This document shows positions 47,590 through 58,137 of a stretch of 64,000 bases of DNA, piece by piece. The notes beneath the pieces were generated by a model. It ran no database searches. It worked only from the letters and a program-made list of their open reading frames with translations, and was not told the origin of the DNA. The translations under genes were made by a program, and so were the position numbers. The first letter of the stretch is position 1. Each line of letters begins with the position of its first letter. This stretch comes from a virus, in IMG/VR virus record IMGVR_UViG_3300021354_000450, positions 77,322 to 141,321 of that record, one strand, 5' to 3'.

Positions 47590-50500
47590 TTATGAGCTCG
47601 CTGTATTGGTAATAATTGATGCTGCAGAATTAATTTCTAACGAAGTTATTGAATCTATAATTTCAATATCATTAGCAGTTGCACCACTGATTAATATTTC
47701 ATTTAATTGACATGATATTTCAAATAAACTACCAAATGGAATATTAGGATTCTTAGGAACAATTATAAAGTTTACAATATCAGGTGTTAATTGATTTAAA
47801 ACAAATGTTGCTAATTCTGTAAAATTAAAAGATTGACCAAACTCCCATTTATCTAAACTAAAAAATGAATTTATTGAATATAAGATTCTAGTTTTTAAAT
47901 CATTATCACTTGTTGGTCTTGCTGGATTACGAACAGCTTTAAATGTTCCTTGTAAATTTGCAGATGCTTGTGTTCCAAACAATATTTTATAATTTGCAGG
48001 ATGATAAACTAATGTATCAGAAATTGATTTAATTGGTTCTAATGAAGAAGAAAAATCATTTTCAAGACTTTGACTAGTAGGCGGAAGTGGTGCTGCTCCG
48101 CTATTTGTTGTTTGAAGCCATTGTCGGTAAGCAGTATCGTATGCCGATGTTAAAACATAAACATCTATAATATTTGACTTACTCGGATCTATTCTACGTT
48201 CTTCTCCACTATTATGCATATAATGAAATTTAATTTTAGAACGACCTGGTCTTGCAAAATAGTTAGTGTTTAACACAAATTCATTTGAAGTATATGTTTT
48301 AATAACATCAGAACCGTAAAAATAAAATAAATCACCTTCTGATATTGTTTGATAATCAACCCGAGATTCATCAAATAAAGGCGTAATTGTATCTGTATCT
48401 ACTAATGAATATCTATTACCATCACTCGACATTTTAAAATAAACAAAATTTATTAAATTTCCTGTTAATGTTCCATCATCTGTTGTCGACGGAGAAACAA
48501 TTATATCAAATGCATCAGGATTATCAATCTGTCCGTCATTATTTGCATCATAAAAACTAACAACAACTTTTTTAGGTTCAATATACCCGTCAGTTTCAAT
48601 TATTGAACTACTTATGTGCCATCGAAAATCTTGTGCCAAACCAACTGAATTATTATTTGGAATAGAATTTATTCCTAATACTGAAATTTGATCTTTTATT
48701 AAAGTATCTGTAGTGTAATCATAGTTTAAATTTGAATAATCAACAAAGAATGCTGTTTGTTTTTCACTTTCAAAAATATATTCTATCAGTCTATAAGAAA
48801 CTTTGTATGCCGAACCGGTCCATTGGAATAAAATAAGCCAACTTGAATCTTTTTGTGTATTCGATGTATCACCTTGAAATGTTAAATTAAAATCATTAAT
48901 AATATTAAGATTTGTTTCAAGAATAATGAACCATTGACGTGTAATTTTATCAAATCCTAACCCAAAATTCTTTTCTGCTAAACATAAATTAACAATTTGT
49001 GTTTCTAATGCATAACTAAAAACATTAACAAATGTCGGAATAATTGTTTCTGGAATTGAGCCTGTTGGAATTTTACCTGATAAAATTATCGGACCAGTAC
49101 CATCATTTAAAACACCGCGTAACTGATTTGATCCATCACCTACAACCTGAATTACTTTTGACCACAAATAATTTACTTGTTCAGTATCTAACGGATTTGT
49201 ATTAACAAGTTGTCCACGTCTAAAACTCTTACCAATCGGTGGAATAAATTTTATAAGTGCACCAGCTGTAATATATGAAGCATTATTACTACTAAAATAA
49301 CCTGTTTGAACTGGAACATTTAATAGGTTTTGAAAATATCCGGTTGTTTGGTCTGATGATTTCTTAGTAACTTGTTTCCAACTATATTCTAAAGAATCAA
49401 AAGTCGGACGAGGATAGTTTTTAAAATAGAAATTTTTAAATGTACTTGCTAAAACAATCGGTTCAAGTTGTGATTTAATTGCCGCAAATACTTGATTTCG
49501 TGATTGAAACTTAAATTCAAATGTCGGAATTTTATTTTCATAATACAAAATTCCATCTTTTGCAAAAATGTCTGTGCTTGAATATTTCCCGCTAATATCA
49601 CTTAACTCAAAGTATTTTGAAACTCCACTCGAAATTCTGTTAATACTTGTTACTTTTAAAATATTAGTCCCAGCAGTTAATGGAGCAATATTATAATCTT
49701 CAGCAGTAATCATACGATTTTGAAGATAATATGATTGTGGTGCTTTTGTTTTAATACTTGAAATTGATTCTGGACCACTACTATTAGTTACTGTATATTG
49801 AAGACTTAAGGTTAAAGTTAACTTATGAATTACACCTGATTTATTTGCATACGGTATAGTAATATTAATACCTGCCATCTGATCAGGTGTAATAGTATAT
49901 GTTTGCCCATTACTTTGACGATAAAATAATTGAAAATTACCTTTTGGCAAATCACCAAAAGAACCATCTGCAAAATTTAAATCAACTTGATCATTTGATC
50001 TAGTACTAACTGAATAAAATGTTCTTACATTATTAGAAATATTATTATAAATTGCATTATTTCCAACTAATGCATCAACTTGTGTCCAAAGTGTATCATA
50101 TGTACCAGCAGAACTTAATTGCCATAACCATATGTCTGTATTGTTGATGCCATTTCCATTAATACCAATAATTTCATTCGGAACAGGATTTGTTACATTA
50201 AAACTTGACGAAGCAATACTACCTTGTCGAAAATGTACAAAAAATCCAGAGTTTGCTGATCCTGCTCCTTGATTGTCATTTTGAAAAATATAACTAAATG
50301 CGCCACCCGGAACTGGAGGTTCTTCATAAATGAATGTCTTTCCTAAAAACGTTGCTCCAGCAAGTTCAAAAGACATCATAGTGCCATTTATAGATTTGTT
50401 TAAAGTATAAATTGGAAGATCTGTTCCTTGGCTATTGATTCTATATTGTTCTGTTGAAATTCCATTAATTACTGCAGAATCAGTTGGACGTCCAAATGAT

Positions 50501-51000
50501 TGTGTTCCTGGCATAGCAGAATTTAAAATACTAATAAATTGTTGATACCAATTTGTATTAGTCGGATCGTTCCATCCAATCACTTGATTTGCTAAATTTA
50601 CACCATTTGCATCAATAACACTCTCTGTTGTACTAATTGCAGAAATTTTTAATTGCCCATGTGCAGGAATATTACGTTTTGGATTATAACTTATTAGTTG
50701 TGCTAATCGTAAAACACTATCTTTTCTTTGAGCTGTTTCTAAGAAATTTTCACGGGCATTAAGGTCAATTCGAAAACTTAAATTTTGACCTAAATATGCA
50801 ATGAGATCAATTAACGCAATATACTCACTTGAGTCGATGTAATCGTTAAATTCTTCTGGATATGTTTCACGTAGATACGTGATCATTGTTCGACGCAACG
50901 TATCAAAGTCGTAACTTTGAAAATCAGCGTTGCGGAAACTTTGATATATTTTAGTCCAATCTTCTGCGACTAGTAATTTTGATTTTGTTGACGGTATCAT
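47590..51000 (-). CDS. Baseplate wedge protein (T4 gp6-like)
   Basis: DFDTLR..MITYL, LIDLIAY, ENFLETAQRKDSV, FADG.FG, RMITAEDY. Start moved to ATG 51000 (GAGG SD). Confidence 0.85.
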   Translation of the reverse strand: MIPSTKSKLLVAEDWTKIYQSFRNADFQSYDFDTLRRTMITYLRETYPEEFNDYIDSSEYIALIDLIAYLGQNLSFRIDLNARENFLETAQRKDSVLRLAQLISYNPKRNIPAHGQLKISAISTTESVIDANGVNLANQVIGWNDPTNTNWYQQFISILNSAMPGTQSFGRPTDSAVINGISTEQYRINSQGTDLPIYTLNKSINGTMMSFELAGATFLGKTFIYEEPPVPGGAFSYIFQNDNQGAGSANSGFFVHFRQGSIASSSFNVTNPVPNEIIGINGNGINNTDIWLWQLSSAGTYDTLWTQVDALVGNNAIYNNISNNVRTFYSVSTRSNDQVDLNFADGSFGDLPKGNFQLFYRQSNGQTYTITPDQMAGINITIPYANKSGVIHKLTLTLSLQYTVTNSSGPESISSIKTKAPQSYYLQNRMITAEDYNIAPLTAGTNILKVTSINRISSGVSKYFELSDISGKYSSTDIFAKDGILYYENKIPTFEFKFQSRNQVFAAIKSQLEPIVLASTFKNFYFKNYPRPTFDSLEYSWKQVTKKSSDQTTGYFQNLLNVPVQTGYFSSNNASYITAGALIKFIPPIGKSFRRGQLVNTNPLDTEQVNYLWSKVIQVVGDGSNQLRGVLNDGTGPIILSGKIPTGSIPETIIPTFVNVFSYALETQIVNLCLAEKNFGLGFDKITRQWFIILETNLNIINDFNLTFQGDTSNTQKDSSWLILFQWTGSAYKVSYRLIEYIFESEKQTAFFVDYSNLNYDYTTDTLIKDQISVLGINSIPNNNSVGLAQDFRWHISSSIIETDGYIEPKKVVVSFYDANNDGQIDNPDAFDIIVSPSTTDDGTLTGNLINFVYFKMSSDGNRYSLVDTDTITPLFDESRVDYQTISEGDLFYFYGSDVIKTYTSNEFVLNTNYFARPGRSKIKFHYMHNSGEERRIDPSKSNIIDVYVLTSAYDTAYRQWLQTTNSGAAPLPPTSQSLENDFSSSLEPIKSISDTLVYHPANYKILFGTQASANLQGTFKAVRNPARPTSDNDLKTRILYSINSFFSLDKWEFGQSFNFTELATFVLNQLTPDIVNFIIVPKNPNIPFGSLFEISCQLNEILISGATANDIEIIDSITSLEINSAASIITNTASS

Positions 51001-51054
51001 ATATGTTATGCCTTCCTCGGATAACATATTTATTAAAATTATAAACTGGGTAGA

Positions 51055-51495
51055 TTATTGCTGTGACACGATTCCAAGCTCTTTGTCAAACGCAAAACTC
51101 ATGTCTTTACTAACATTTTGCTGTTTATAAAATAATGTTGCTTCGATAACCATTCCGTACTCAGCTTCTACAATGTTGATCTGTGTTGGAGTAACTCTTG
51201 GATCGTAATTAAGAATAAATGTAATGTCTTCACTTATTAATTGTTTAATATCCGCAGTAAATGGCTCATAAATTAAACTCCAAATAATTGTTCCAAACTC
51301 TGGATTCATTACTCGTTCACCTTTTCTTGTTTGAAACATATTCATAATATCTTGTTGAATAAGATCAAAATCAAAAATTTTATGAGTTAAACTTGAATCA
51401 TTTGCAGTACTAAACCCTTTATAAAATTGGCTTTGTTGTGCATTTGCTTGATTGCTAACATTATTTGGAGTGATAACTAAATTTTTATATGCCAT
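51055..51495 (-). CDS. Baseplate wedge subunit (gp25-like)
   Basis: TRKGERVMNPEFGTIIWSLIYEP, YDPRV. Confidence 0.9.
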   Translation of the reverse strand: MAYKNLVITPNNVSNQANAQQSQFYKGFSTANDSSLTHKIFDFDLIQQDIMNMFQTRKGERVMNPEFGTIIWSLIYEPFTADIKQLISEDITFILNYDPRVTPTQINIVEAEYGMVIEATLFYKQQNVSKDMSFAFDKELGIVSQQ

Positions 51496-51508
51496 AGTAT
51501 GCTATTTA

Positions 51509-53635
51509 TTAGCTTGATGAAATTGGATTTGGCGACGGTTGTATGCCAGATGTTGTAAATTTTGTTTTATATTCATCAAAAAATTGTTGACGTCTTGCAA
51601 GCGCATTTGTTCCGCCATTAACAATTTTTGTAACAGCTAAACAATTACCCCAATCAACCGTTGCTGTACGACCCTTTTTATAAACATTAAAGAACCAAAG
51701 CACACTTTTTGCTGCCCATTCTAACTGTTCGACTAATTGAGGTTGAGAAATAAAGTCAACATTAAAATAAGAACTCATACTCTTATAATTGTCCTTACCA
51801 GTACATTGAATAAATCCACGACCTTTATATTTTACACCATCACCTGGACTTGTATTTCCAAGATCTTTACGTCCTTCATATTCTGCTCCACTTGCATATT
51901 CACGTAATGCACGGAAGAAATCACTTTCAACTTTACATTGTGCCATCCATGCAGCAAGTTTAATAGGATCAGTAACACCACCTTGAATTAATACTGCTTG
52001 CAAATAAGCCTCATTAGCAGCAGAAGATTTTGAGCTCGGAGTTGCAATAGGTTTTGAGTTTGTCGGAACATAACTTTCACCACCGGTAGGATTGCCTTTT
52101 TTATCCGCGGGTTGATTTACCTGCACGTCTGTATTTGATGAAGAAAATTGATCTGGATTAACATTTTCATGTTGATCCCATGGTTCATGAGTCGGAACAC
52201 GTTGCATGATACTTGTTATACTTCCTATCTTATAAAAATTTCCATTTGCCCATCCAGCGGCAGATGTTCTATTTGGAAGATCGAATGTTACAAGTCTATC
52301 TGGCGAAACTGCATCAGTTGCTCCGTTTGCAGCAATCGGGGCAACTCCGCCATTCATATAAATTTTACTAGCACCTTCAACATGATTTCCAGATGCAAAA
52401 ATGTTTGTACTTCCGCCTGCAGAAGCTTTCCAATTTGCACCTGCTTTTAAGTTTGTATCAGATGCTGATTCAATGTTCACATTTGATCCGCTTTTGATAT
52501 TTGCGTCTGCACCAGAAGTTAATCGAAATTCTGAACCAACTGAAACTTGAAGATTACTTGCAATTTGAATTTTACCTTCATTATCGCATATGAGATAAAA
52601 TCTATCAATGCAGTTTACTTCAATGCCGCCGCCGGCACTAACATTTAAATTTCGTCCTGCTTCTAAATTAATATCTCGGTCTGCACGAAAGTTAAAATCT
52701 TGTTCTGTATGGATACTAATACTATCCTCAGCATATACATCAATTTTTCCATTTGATGTTAATTCGATCCACGCACTTCCTTTACTATTTGCAATGTAAA
52801 TTAAATCACTGCTATTATGTAAAAGAATCTGATGACCTGTTCTTGTTCTAATTCGGACGAGTTCATTTTGTCCGTCTTTATCACCATCATCCATTACAAA
52901 CTGTGTTCCACCGAGACGACTTACAGGTATTCTTACAGAACTGCTATCTTTAAATCCAATTGCAGCTCTCGGAGCATTAACACTTGTATCAACTGGACCA
53001 GGAGTTGAAATACCAAATACCATACTCGGAACTTCTCTTCTAGCAGAACTTGAAGTTACTCCTCTAATAGTATCTAATAAAAGACCTTGTTGTAAAAGTC
53101 TATCAGCAAACGGATGAATTGGTTTTGTAAAAGTGTCAGGATTTGGAATTTTCATATCACGACTAGCTTTATGAAATTCTGCAACTGGTAATAACTTTGT
53201 TCCATACTTTGCTTCATCACCAGGACCAACTGCAGAATATTGACTTGCTGCAAGACCTGGAACCATTTGATTTTGATATAAGTTTTCACTTGGAACACAT
53301 CCAAACCAATATCCTTGGTTAATATCACCGTCAATTAACAGAACCATAACTGTAGTTCCAATATCAGGTGGTATCATCCAAAATCCGTAAGATTTTTGAA
53401 CATCTTTAAAATCTGAAGAATTATTTCCTTCAAATTTTGAACCTGTTGTTCCAAAAAATGGACTACAGTATCTTACAATAATATTAGAACTTTGTGTTTC
53501 ACTTAATCCCGGAATAGCTTTTAATAGTGTTACTTCAAGATTACCCATATAGGTAGGATCGAGATGATTTACAACCTTTGCTAAGTAAGGGCCATTACTT
53601 GTTCTAACATCATTTGTTCGTGTATTTGTTGCCAT
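51509..53635 (-). CDS. Baseplate central spike (gp5/VgrG-like) with C-terminal GH19 lysozyme/chitinase domain
   Basis: OB-fold (DPTYMG...PPDIG..V.V), RTRTGHQI, beta-helix repeats, then AQ..VES...EYASG..YEGRKDLGN...YKGRGFIQ.TG..NY...VNGG. Confidence 0.85.
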   Translation of the reverse strand: MATNTRTNDVRTSNGPYLAKVVNHLDPTYMGNLEVTLLKAIPGLSETQSSNIIVRYCSPFFGTTGSKFEGNNSSDFKDVQKSYGFWMIPPDIGTTVMVLLIDGDINQGYWFGCVPSENLYQNQMVPGLAASQYSAVGPGDEAKYGTKLLPVAEFHKASRDMKIPNPDTFTKPIHPFADRLLQQGLLLDTIRGVTSSSARREVPSMVFGISTPGPVDTSVNAPRAAIGFKDSSSVRIPVSRLGGTQFVMDDGDKDGQNELVRIRTRTGHQILLHNSSDLIYIANSKGSAWIELTSNGKIDVYAEDSISIHTEQDFNFRADRDINLEAGRNLNVSAGGGIEVNCIDRFYLICDNEGKIQIASNLQVSVGSEFRLTSGADANIKSGSNVNIESASDTNLKAGANWKASAGGSTNIFASGNHVEGASKIYMNGGVAPIAANGATDAVSPDRLVTFDLPNRTSAAGWANGNFYKIGSITSIMQRVPTHEPWDQHENVNPDQFSSSNTDVQVNQPADKKGNPTGGESYVPTNSKPIATPSSKSSAANEAYLQAVLIQGGVTDPIKLAAWMAQCKVESDFFRALREYASGAEYEGRKDLGNTSPGDGVKYKGRGFIQCTGKDNYKSMSSYFNVDFISQPQLVEQLEWAAKSVLWFFNVYKKGRTATVDWGNCLAVTKIVNGGTNALARRQQFFDEYKTKFTTSGIQPSPNPISSS

Positions 53636-56600
53636 TAAACAATTCCTTGATTATTACTCGTTTGTATTAATTTAGCCAACGGACTTGATTGAAGACTACC
53701 AAATTGATTTGAAACAGAAATTCCTAAATTATTTGCCCCTTGTGCAGGACTTTGAACAAGATTTGAAACATTTGTTAAATTACTTTCAACCGAGCCTAAC
53801 CCAAGACTTGCCGGACTAAATCCGTCAATTGCATTCTGTCCTAACGATCCAACATTATTAGTAACTCCTAATGCTGATCCAAGTGTATTATTAACATATG
53901 AGTTTGCTGCAGAAACTGAACCAATTGTTGATTCTGCAAAACCAACTGCACTGTTTAATCCTGCAGAAACTGTTCCTAACGGATTAGTCGCTTTTGCAAT
54001 ATCAGTTAGATTTGGTAAATTTGTTTTTCCTGAAAGCACAGATTTAACATTTGTATATTTTGAAGAAATTTCCTCATACGCAGAATCAACCAATGCTGCT
54101 GGTGCTTTAACAATTGGCTGAATTGCAGGTAAATTTGAAAGTTTTGATCTTGTAATATTAACAAAACTTATACCTTGTTCTTTTAAACTTGTAAGGTTTG
54201 TATTTTTTGGAATATTTTTAGCAACATCTTCTAATTCAGTAACCATTTTACTCAATAAATTTGGCGACAATCCTGCAATTGCCGAAGGATCAATTCCTAA
54301 TTTTGCACCAACTGCATTAATATCAGCAGGGATTGTATTTTGTAATCCTGTAATGGAATTTTTAGCATCACCAACTAATCCATTTACATTAGTATTTGCT
54401 AATTGATCAACATTTTGAACTAACGAATTAACCCCTGTCGTTGGTAATGATGAAACTGCGTCTACAACATTACTTGCTAATTTAGTCGGAGCACTTGCAA
54501 TTGCGGTAATATCTCCGATCGAATTTCCAGCAACTGTAATATTTGCAGCTGATAAATTTGTAACATCACCAACTGAACTTAATCCTGAAGCAGATAATCT
54601 TATTCCACTTGTTAATGCATTTAAACCACTTACTGGATCGATTCCTAATTGGCTTGATAAGTTACCAATCTCTCCAGTTAATCCATTAACTTGATTTAGA
54701 ACCCCTGATGCTAAACTTGATGCACCATCAACAAGTGAATTTGTAAAATTACTAACACTTCCAGGAAGGTTAAATGTCGGTAAACCCCTTTTTAATAAAG
54801 TTGAAAGACTAAAATCACTTGCTCGAATTCCATTTCTTAAAATATTTGCTGGTGCTGTATCTTTAACAACTTGTTGACCTGCAAGTGGTGAAGTTTTTAT
54901 GTTTGATGGTAAAACTTCTTTTTCAGAACCTAAAATTTGTCCAGGCACTCTCATAATTTCCAATGCTTGAGTAAACATACCATCTTTAAAATTATTTTTA
55001 AGTGTTAAAACTTGAAATATTCCGCTAAAAGACACAGGTTGATTTCCAAAATCTAATAATCCTGTTTTAGAATTAATATCAATCGGATTTCTAAAATTAA
55101 TATTAATATACAAGGCACCTTGTGTTGTTGGTGCTTGTCCATCATTTGTTAACATAGGTTCTTTTAGATTTAAATCAGTATTTCCCATTCCGCCAGTAAC
55201 AAGATAATAAGGATCACCTAAAATATCAAGTGTACCACCAATCATATCAACTCCATTTAATACTGCATCATGTAAATTTACCGCCATTCTTGCATAAGGA
55301 GTTTGCTGAGGTTGTCCACCTGTAGCTTTTGAAGTAAAATTATTCTGACTTGAATCAACTTTTATTGAAGCATTTGGATTTGAATTTGCCGGTTGTTTTG
55401 ACGTATCAATATTTGTTCCTTCTTGTCTTGCTTCAACTACATTATCAGGAGCAGCACTTTTTGCTTTTGCATCATCTGCCGATCTATTTCCAAGCATTGC
55501 CGGAATAGCAGAAAAATATAAATTATCAAATTTAAGATTAAACTTTATTACATCTTCGTTCTTACCTGTGTAAATGTAATTGTATTCTCTTTTAATTTTT
55601 TTCTTTAATTCAGACATGTCAATCGAACCTTGCTCTTGACCAGGAATGCGAGAATAATGCATTTGATAAGGTTCTAAAACATATCTGTAACGTTGAAACT
55701 TTTTATTACCTACTTTATCATCACCGAGAATATCAGTTTCCATTCGTACTGTAAAATATGTAACTAAACCATCACCTTTTTTAACTTTATCTAAATTTTC
55801 CGGTAATAATAAATTTTTTACATAAGAACTATCACGAACAATTGCCGAGATACAATCATGTATTTGAGCACCTGCTGTAAAAACAACTGTTGCTGTTTTA
55901 GGTGTTAGTTTACCAGTCGACGGATTTGATGTTGCATTTGTAGAAGTTGAACCAGGAACAGTTGCTGCAACATATCCATTTTTAAATTGAGAAGGATCTC
56001 CCATTTTAAAAACATTAGCAGATGTTAGTTCATCATTTATTTTTTCATTAATAATCTCACTAACATACTGTTGATTTGATGTTGCACCTGTGAGATTTAA
56101 AACTGCTTGCTTTGTATTCTGAGGATTACCAACTGTTGAAAGTTTTGGACAAGATATCTCATACATATCTTGTCCAGATTTATCAGTTTGCTGTTTAGTT
56201 CTATCTGAAACCATTTGGTTAATTGCAAGGAAAAAGTTTGAAAGAACTTCACCAATAGAATTTCCTGCTACTTTAATATCTGATGTAAGTTTATTTGGTT
56301 CACCAAATGCCATTTGATTAACAGGAACCGAATTAATTTTATATCGAGTTCCTTCTTCAGTAACATCAACTTCAACTTGTGTAATTGTGATTGGAAAATA
56401 TCTTGTACACATTGGTATTATTTCAGATTGTAGTTGTGCAGTTGTTGCAGAATCTGGATAACCTTGAAATTGAACACGAATTACATAAGCTGCTTTCATA
56501 TAATCAGAATATCCAGCTGCTCTTCCTGCAACTTGAAGTGCTTCGACAAACCCATTCATACTCAACGGTTCAAAAACTTCAAATCCAATATTTGTAGCAA

Positions 56601-56976
56601 CTGATGCTCCTGTTTTATTACTTCCAGCAGTAATAAGGCTATCAACTGACAAATTATCAATATACATATCAAATCTACCAGGACTATTTGCATTAAATTC
56701 ATTAATAAGATTAAGTGAATCTTGAAAATTAACATTAGTTGCATTTAAACCTTGCGCACTCATGCCAATTCCTTTTGTACCTTTTCCTGCTGAATTTAAA
56801 ACAGTGTATGCATTAATATCACGTTCAAGAAATTTATGATCCGAAACAGCTTCAGGTGTTATTGCACCTATACAAAAATTATAAGTCCAAGATCTATAAT
56901 TATGAAGAATATTTCTTTCAGCTGATGGTAATAAAGTATTTTCATTAGTTGGAGAAGTTGCTGAAAAAATTGCCAT
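53635..56976 (-). CDS. Baseplate hub-like protein with a long low-complexity C-terminus
   Basis: Position between gp53-like and gp5-like genes; LDILGDPYYL and FSGIFQV...F.QAL hub-like motifs. Confidence 0.55.
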   Translation of the reverse strand: MAIFSATSPTNENTLLPSAERNILHNYRSWTYNFCIGAITPEAVSDHKFLERDINAYTVLNSAGKGTKGIGMSAQGLNATNVNFQDSLNLINEFNANSPGRFDMYIDNLSVDSLITAGSNKTGASVATNIGFEVFEPLSMNGFVEALQVAGRAAGYSDYMKAAYVIRVQFQGYPDSATTAQLQSEIIPMCTRYFPITITQVEVDVTEEGTRYKINSVPVNQMAFGEPNKLTSDIKVAGNSIGEVLSNFFLAINQMVSDRTKQQTDKSGQDMYEISCPKLSTVGNPQNTKQAVLNLTGATSNQQYVSEIINEKINDELTSANVFKMGDPSQFKNGYVAATVPGSTSTNATSNPSTGKLTPKTATVVFTAGAQIHDCISAIVRDSSYVKNLLLPENLDKVKKGDGLVTYFTVRMETDILGDDKVGNKKFQRYRYVLEPYQMHYSRIPGQEQGSIDMSELKKKIKREYNYIYTGKNEDVIKFNLKFDNLYFSAIPAMLGNRSADDAKAKSAAPDNVVEARQEGTNIDTSKQPANSNPNASIKVDSSQNNFTSKATGGQPQQTPYARMAVNLHDAVLNGVDMIGGTLDILGDPYYLVTGGMGNTDLNLKEPMLTNDGQAPTTQGALYININFRNPIDINSKTGLLDFGNQPVSFSGIFQVLTLKNNFKDGMFTQALEIMRVPGQILGSEKEVLPSNIKTSPLAGQQVVKDTAPANILRNGIRASDFSLSTLLKRGLPTFNLPGSVSNFTNSLVDGASSLASGVLNQVNGLTGEIGNLSSQLGIDPVSGLNALTSGIRLSASGLSSVGDVTNLSAANITVAGNSIGDITAIASAPTKLASNVVDAVSSLPTTGVNSLVQNVDQLANTNVNGLVGDAKNSITGLQNTIPADINAVGAKLGIDPSAIAGLSPNLLSKMVTELEDVAKNIPKNTNLTSLKEQGISFVNITRSKLSNLPAIQPIVKAPAALVDSAYEEISSKYTNVKSVLSGKTNLPNLTDIAKATNPLGTVSAGLNSAVGFAESTIGSVSAANSYVNNTLGSALGVTNNVGSLGQNAIDGFSPASLGLGSVESNLTNVSNLVQSPAQGANNLGISVSNQFGSLQSSPLAKLIQTSNNQGIV

Positions 56977-57270
56977 TTAGTTTCCTAATGCTTGTCTTAT
57001 CGAATTAAGTTGTGGAAGAAATATAACTTGTCCTGGAACAAAATCATATATCGGATCTTTTAAAACTTCTTTATTTCGGACAGCAAAAACCCACCATAAC
57101 TGACTATCTCTATATATGTCGTACGCTAATAAATCCGGACGATGCATGTACAAACTTGTTATTGTAAACTGAACATCATTAGTTTGCCCAGGAATATCTA
57201 TAAAATTAATAACATCTAGATAGCCATTAATCATACTTGTTTTTATATAAGGACTTTGTTTATTATACAT
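56977..57270 (-). CDS. Baseplate wedge gp53/LysM-like protein
   Basis: RPDLLAYDIYRDSQLWWVFAVRN. Confidence 0.8.
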   Translation of the reverse strand: MYNKQSPYIKTSMINGYLDVINFIDIPGQTNDVQFTITSLYMHRPDLLAYDIYRDSQLWWVFAVRNKEVLKDPIYDFVPGQVIFLPQLNSIRQALGN

Positions 57271-58019
57271 TATAAGTAACCTTTAGATTGTAATCCGCCA
57301 CTTAACCAATCTTTAACATTATATTTTAACATTTCACTTCGACTATACATAACATTAAATGTTAAAGTTATATTACTTAAGGTCGGAACCATACTGTGAC
57401 CGTATAAAGTTGGACTGCCTGGTCGACCTACAGAAATATAATCAACTCCATCAGAAAGTTCGTGTCTCCAACTTGCAATCGAAACTGGAACATTATACAT
57501 CATAAAATCCCCATAAGCATCAAATCGACAAACAGGCGGCGGACTTCCAGCATCAGGATCATCACCAAACTTCATTTTTGTTAATGCTCTTAATAAATGA
57601 ATTACTCCAAGTAAAACAGCACCTTCAAATTCATTCTGGACTGTAAATTTAGCAGTTACTGAAATTTGTCCAATTGAACTATTTTTATAAAAGTATAAAG
57701 GATAGTTTGAATGCATCGGGTTTTGATTTGCGTAATTTACTGAATTATCTACACCAATTGTCGGAGTATAAGGAAATAAAATGCCACCATTTTTTTGAAT
57801 AATATTTGCAGGTCCAGCACTTGGTAAATTTGTAGGAATATACTCATTCGGAACTCTTAATTTTGCACGAAGATCTTTTGCTCCTGCCCATTGTGCTTGT
57901 GCTGCAAAGGGAATTGCAGGAGTTCCATTCAACGGAGCTCCTGATCTAAGATTAGGATCAAAACCACCACCACCAACAAGGTCATTCCATCCATTTTGTA
58001 TACTATTAAAAATTGTCAT
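57270..58019 (-). CDS. Tail tube initiator / baseplate protein (gp48/gp54-like)
   Basis: FPYTPTI, GSPPPVCRF..YG...NVPV; first gene of the structural operon. Confidence 0.6.
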   Translation of the reverse strand: MTIFNSIQNGWNDLVGGGGFDPNLRSGAPLNGTPAIPFAAQAQWAGAKDLRAKLRVPNEYIPTNLPSAGPANIIQKNGGILFPYTPTIGVDNSVNYANQNPMHSNYPLYFYKNSSIGQISVTAKFTVQNEFEGAVLLGVIHLLRALTKMKFGDDPDAGSPPPVCRFDAYGDFMMYNVPVSIASWRHELSDGVDYISVGRPGSPTLYGHSMVPTLSNITLTFNVMYSRSEMLKYNVKDWLSGGLQSKGYL

Positions 58020-58080
58020 TAATATATTCCTCTATTCTATATTTAACCAATTAAATAATATGCTAATTTAATATTTTTGG

Positions 58081-58109
58081 TTGACTTCATTGTAACCTTA
58101 TGTTATAAT
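58081..58109 (+). promoter_or_regulatory. Sigma70 promoter with extended -10
   Basis: TTGACT-N17-TATAAT with TG at 58101-58102. Confidence 0.8.
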
Positions 58110-58137
58110 TTAATTCTAAAAAGGAGGGTGCGCAAAG

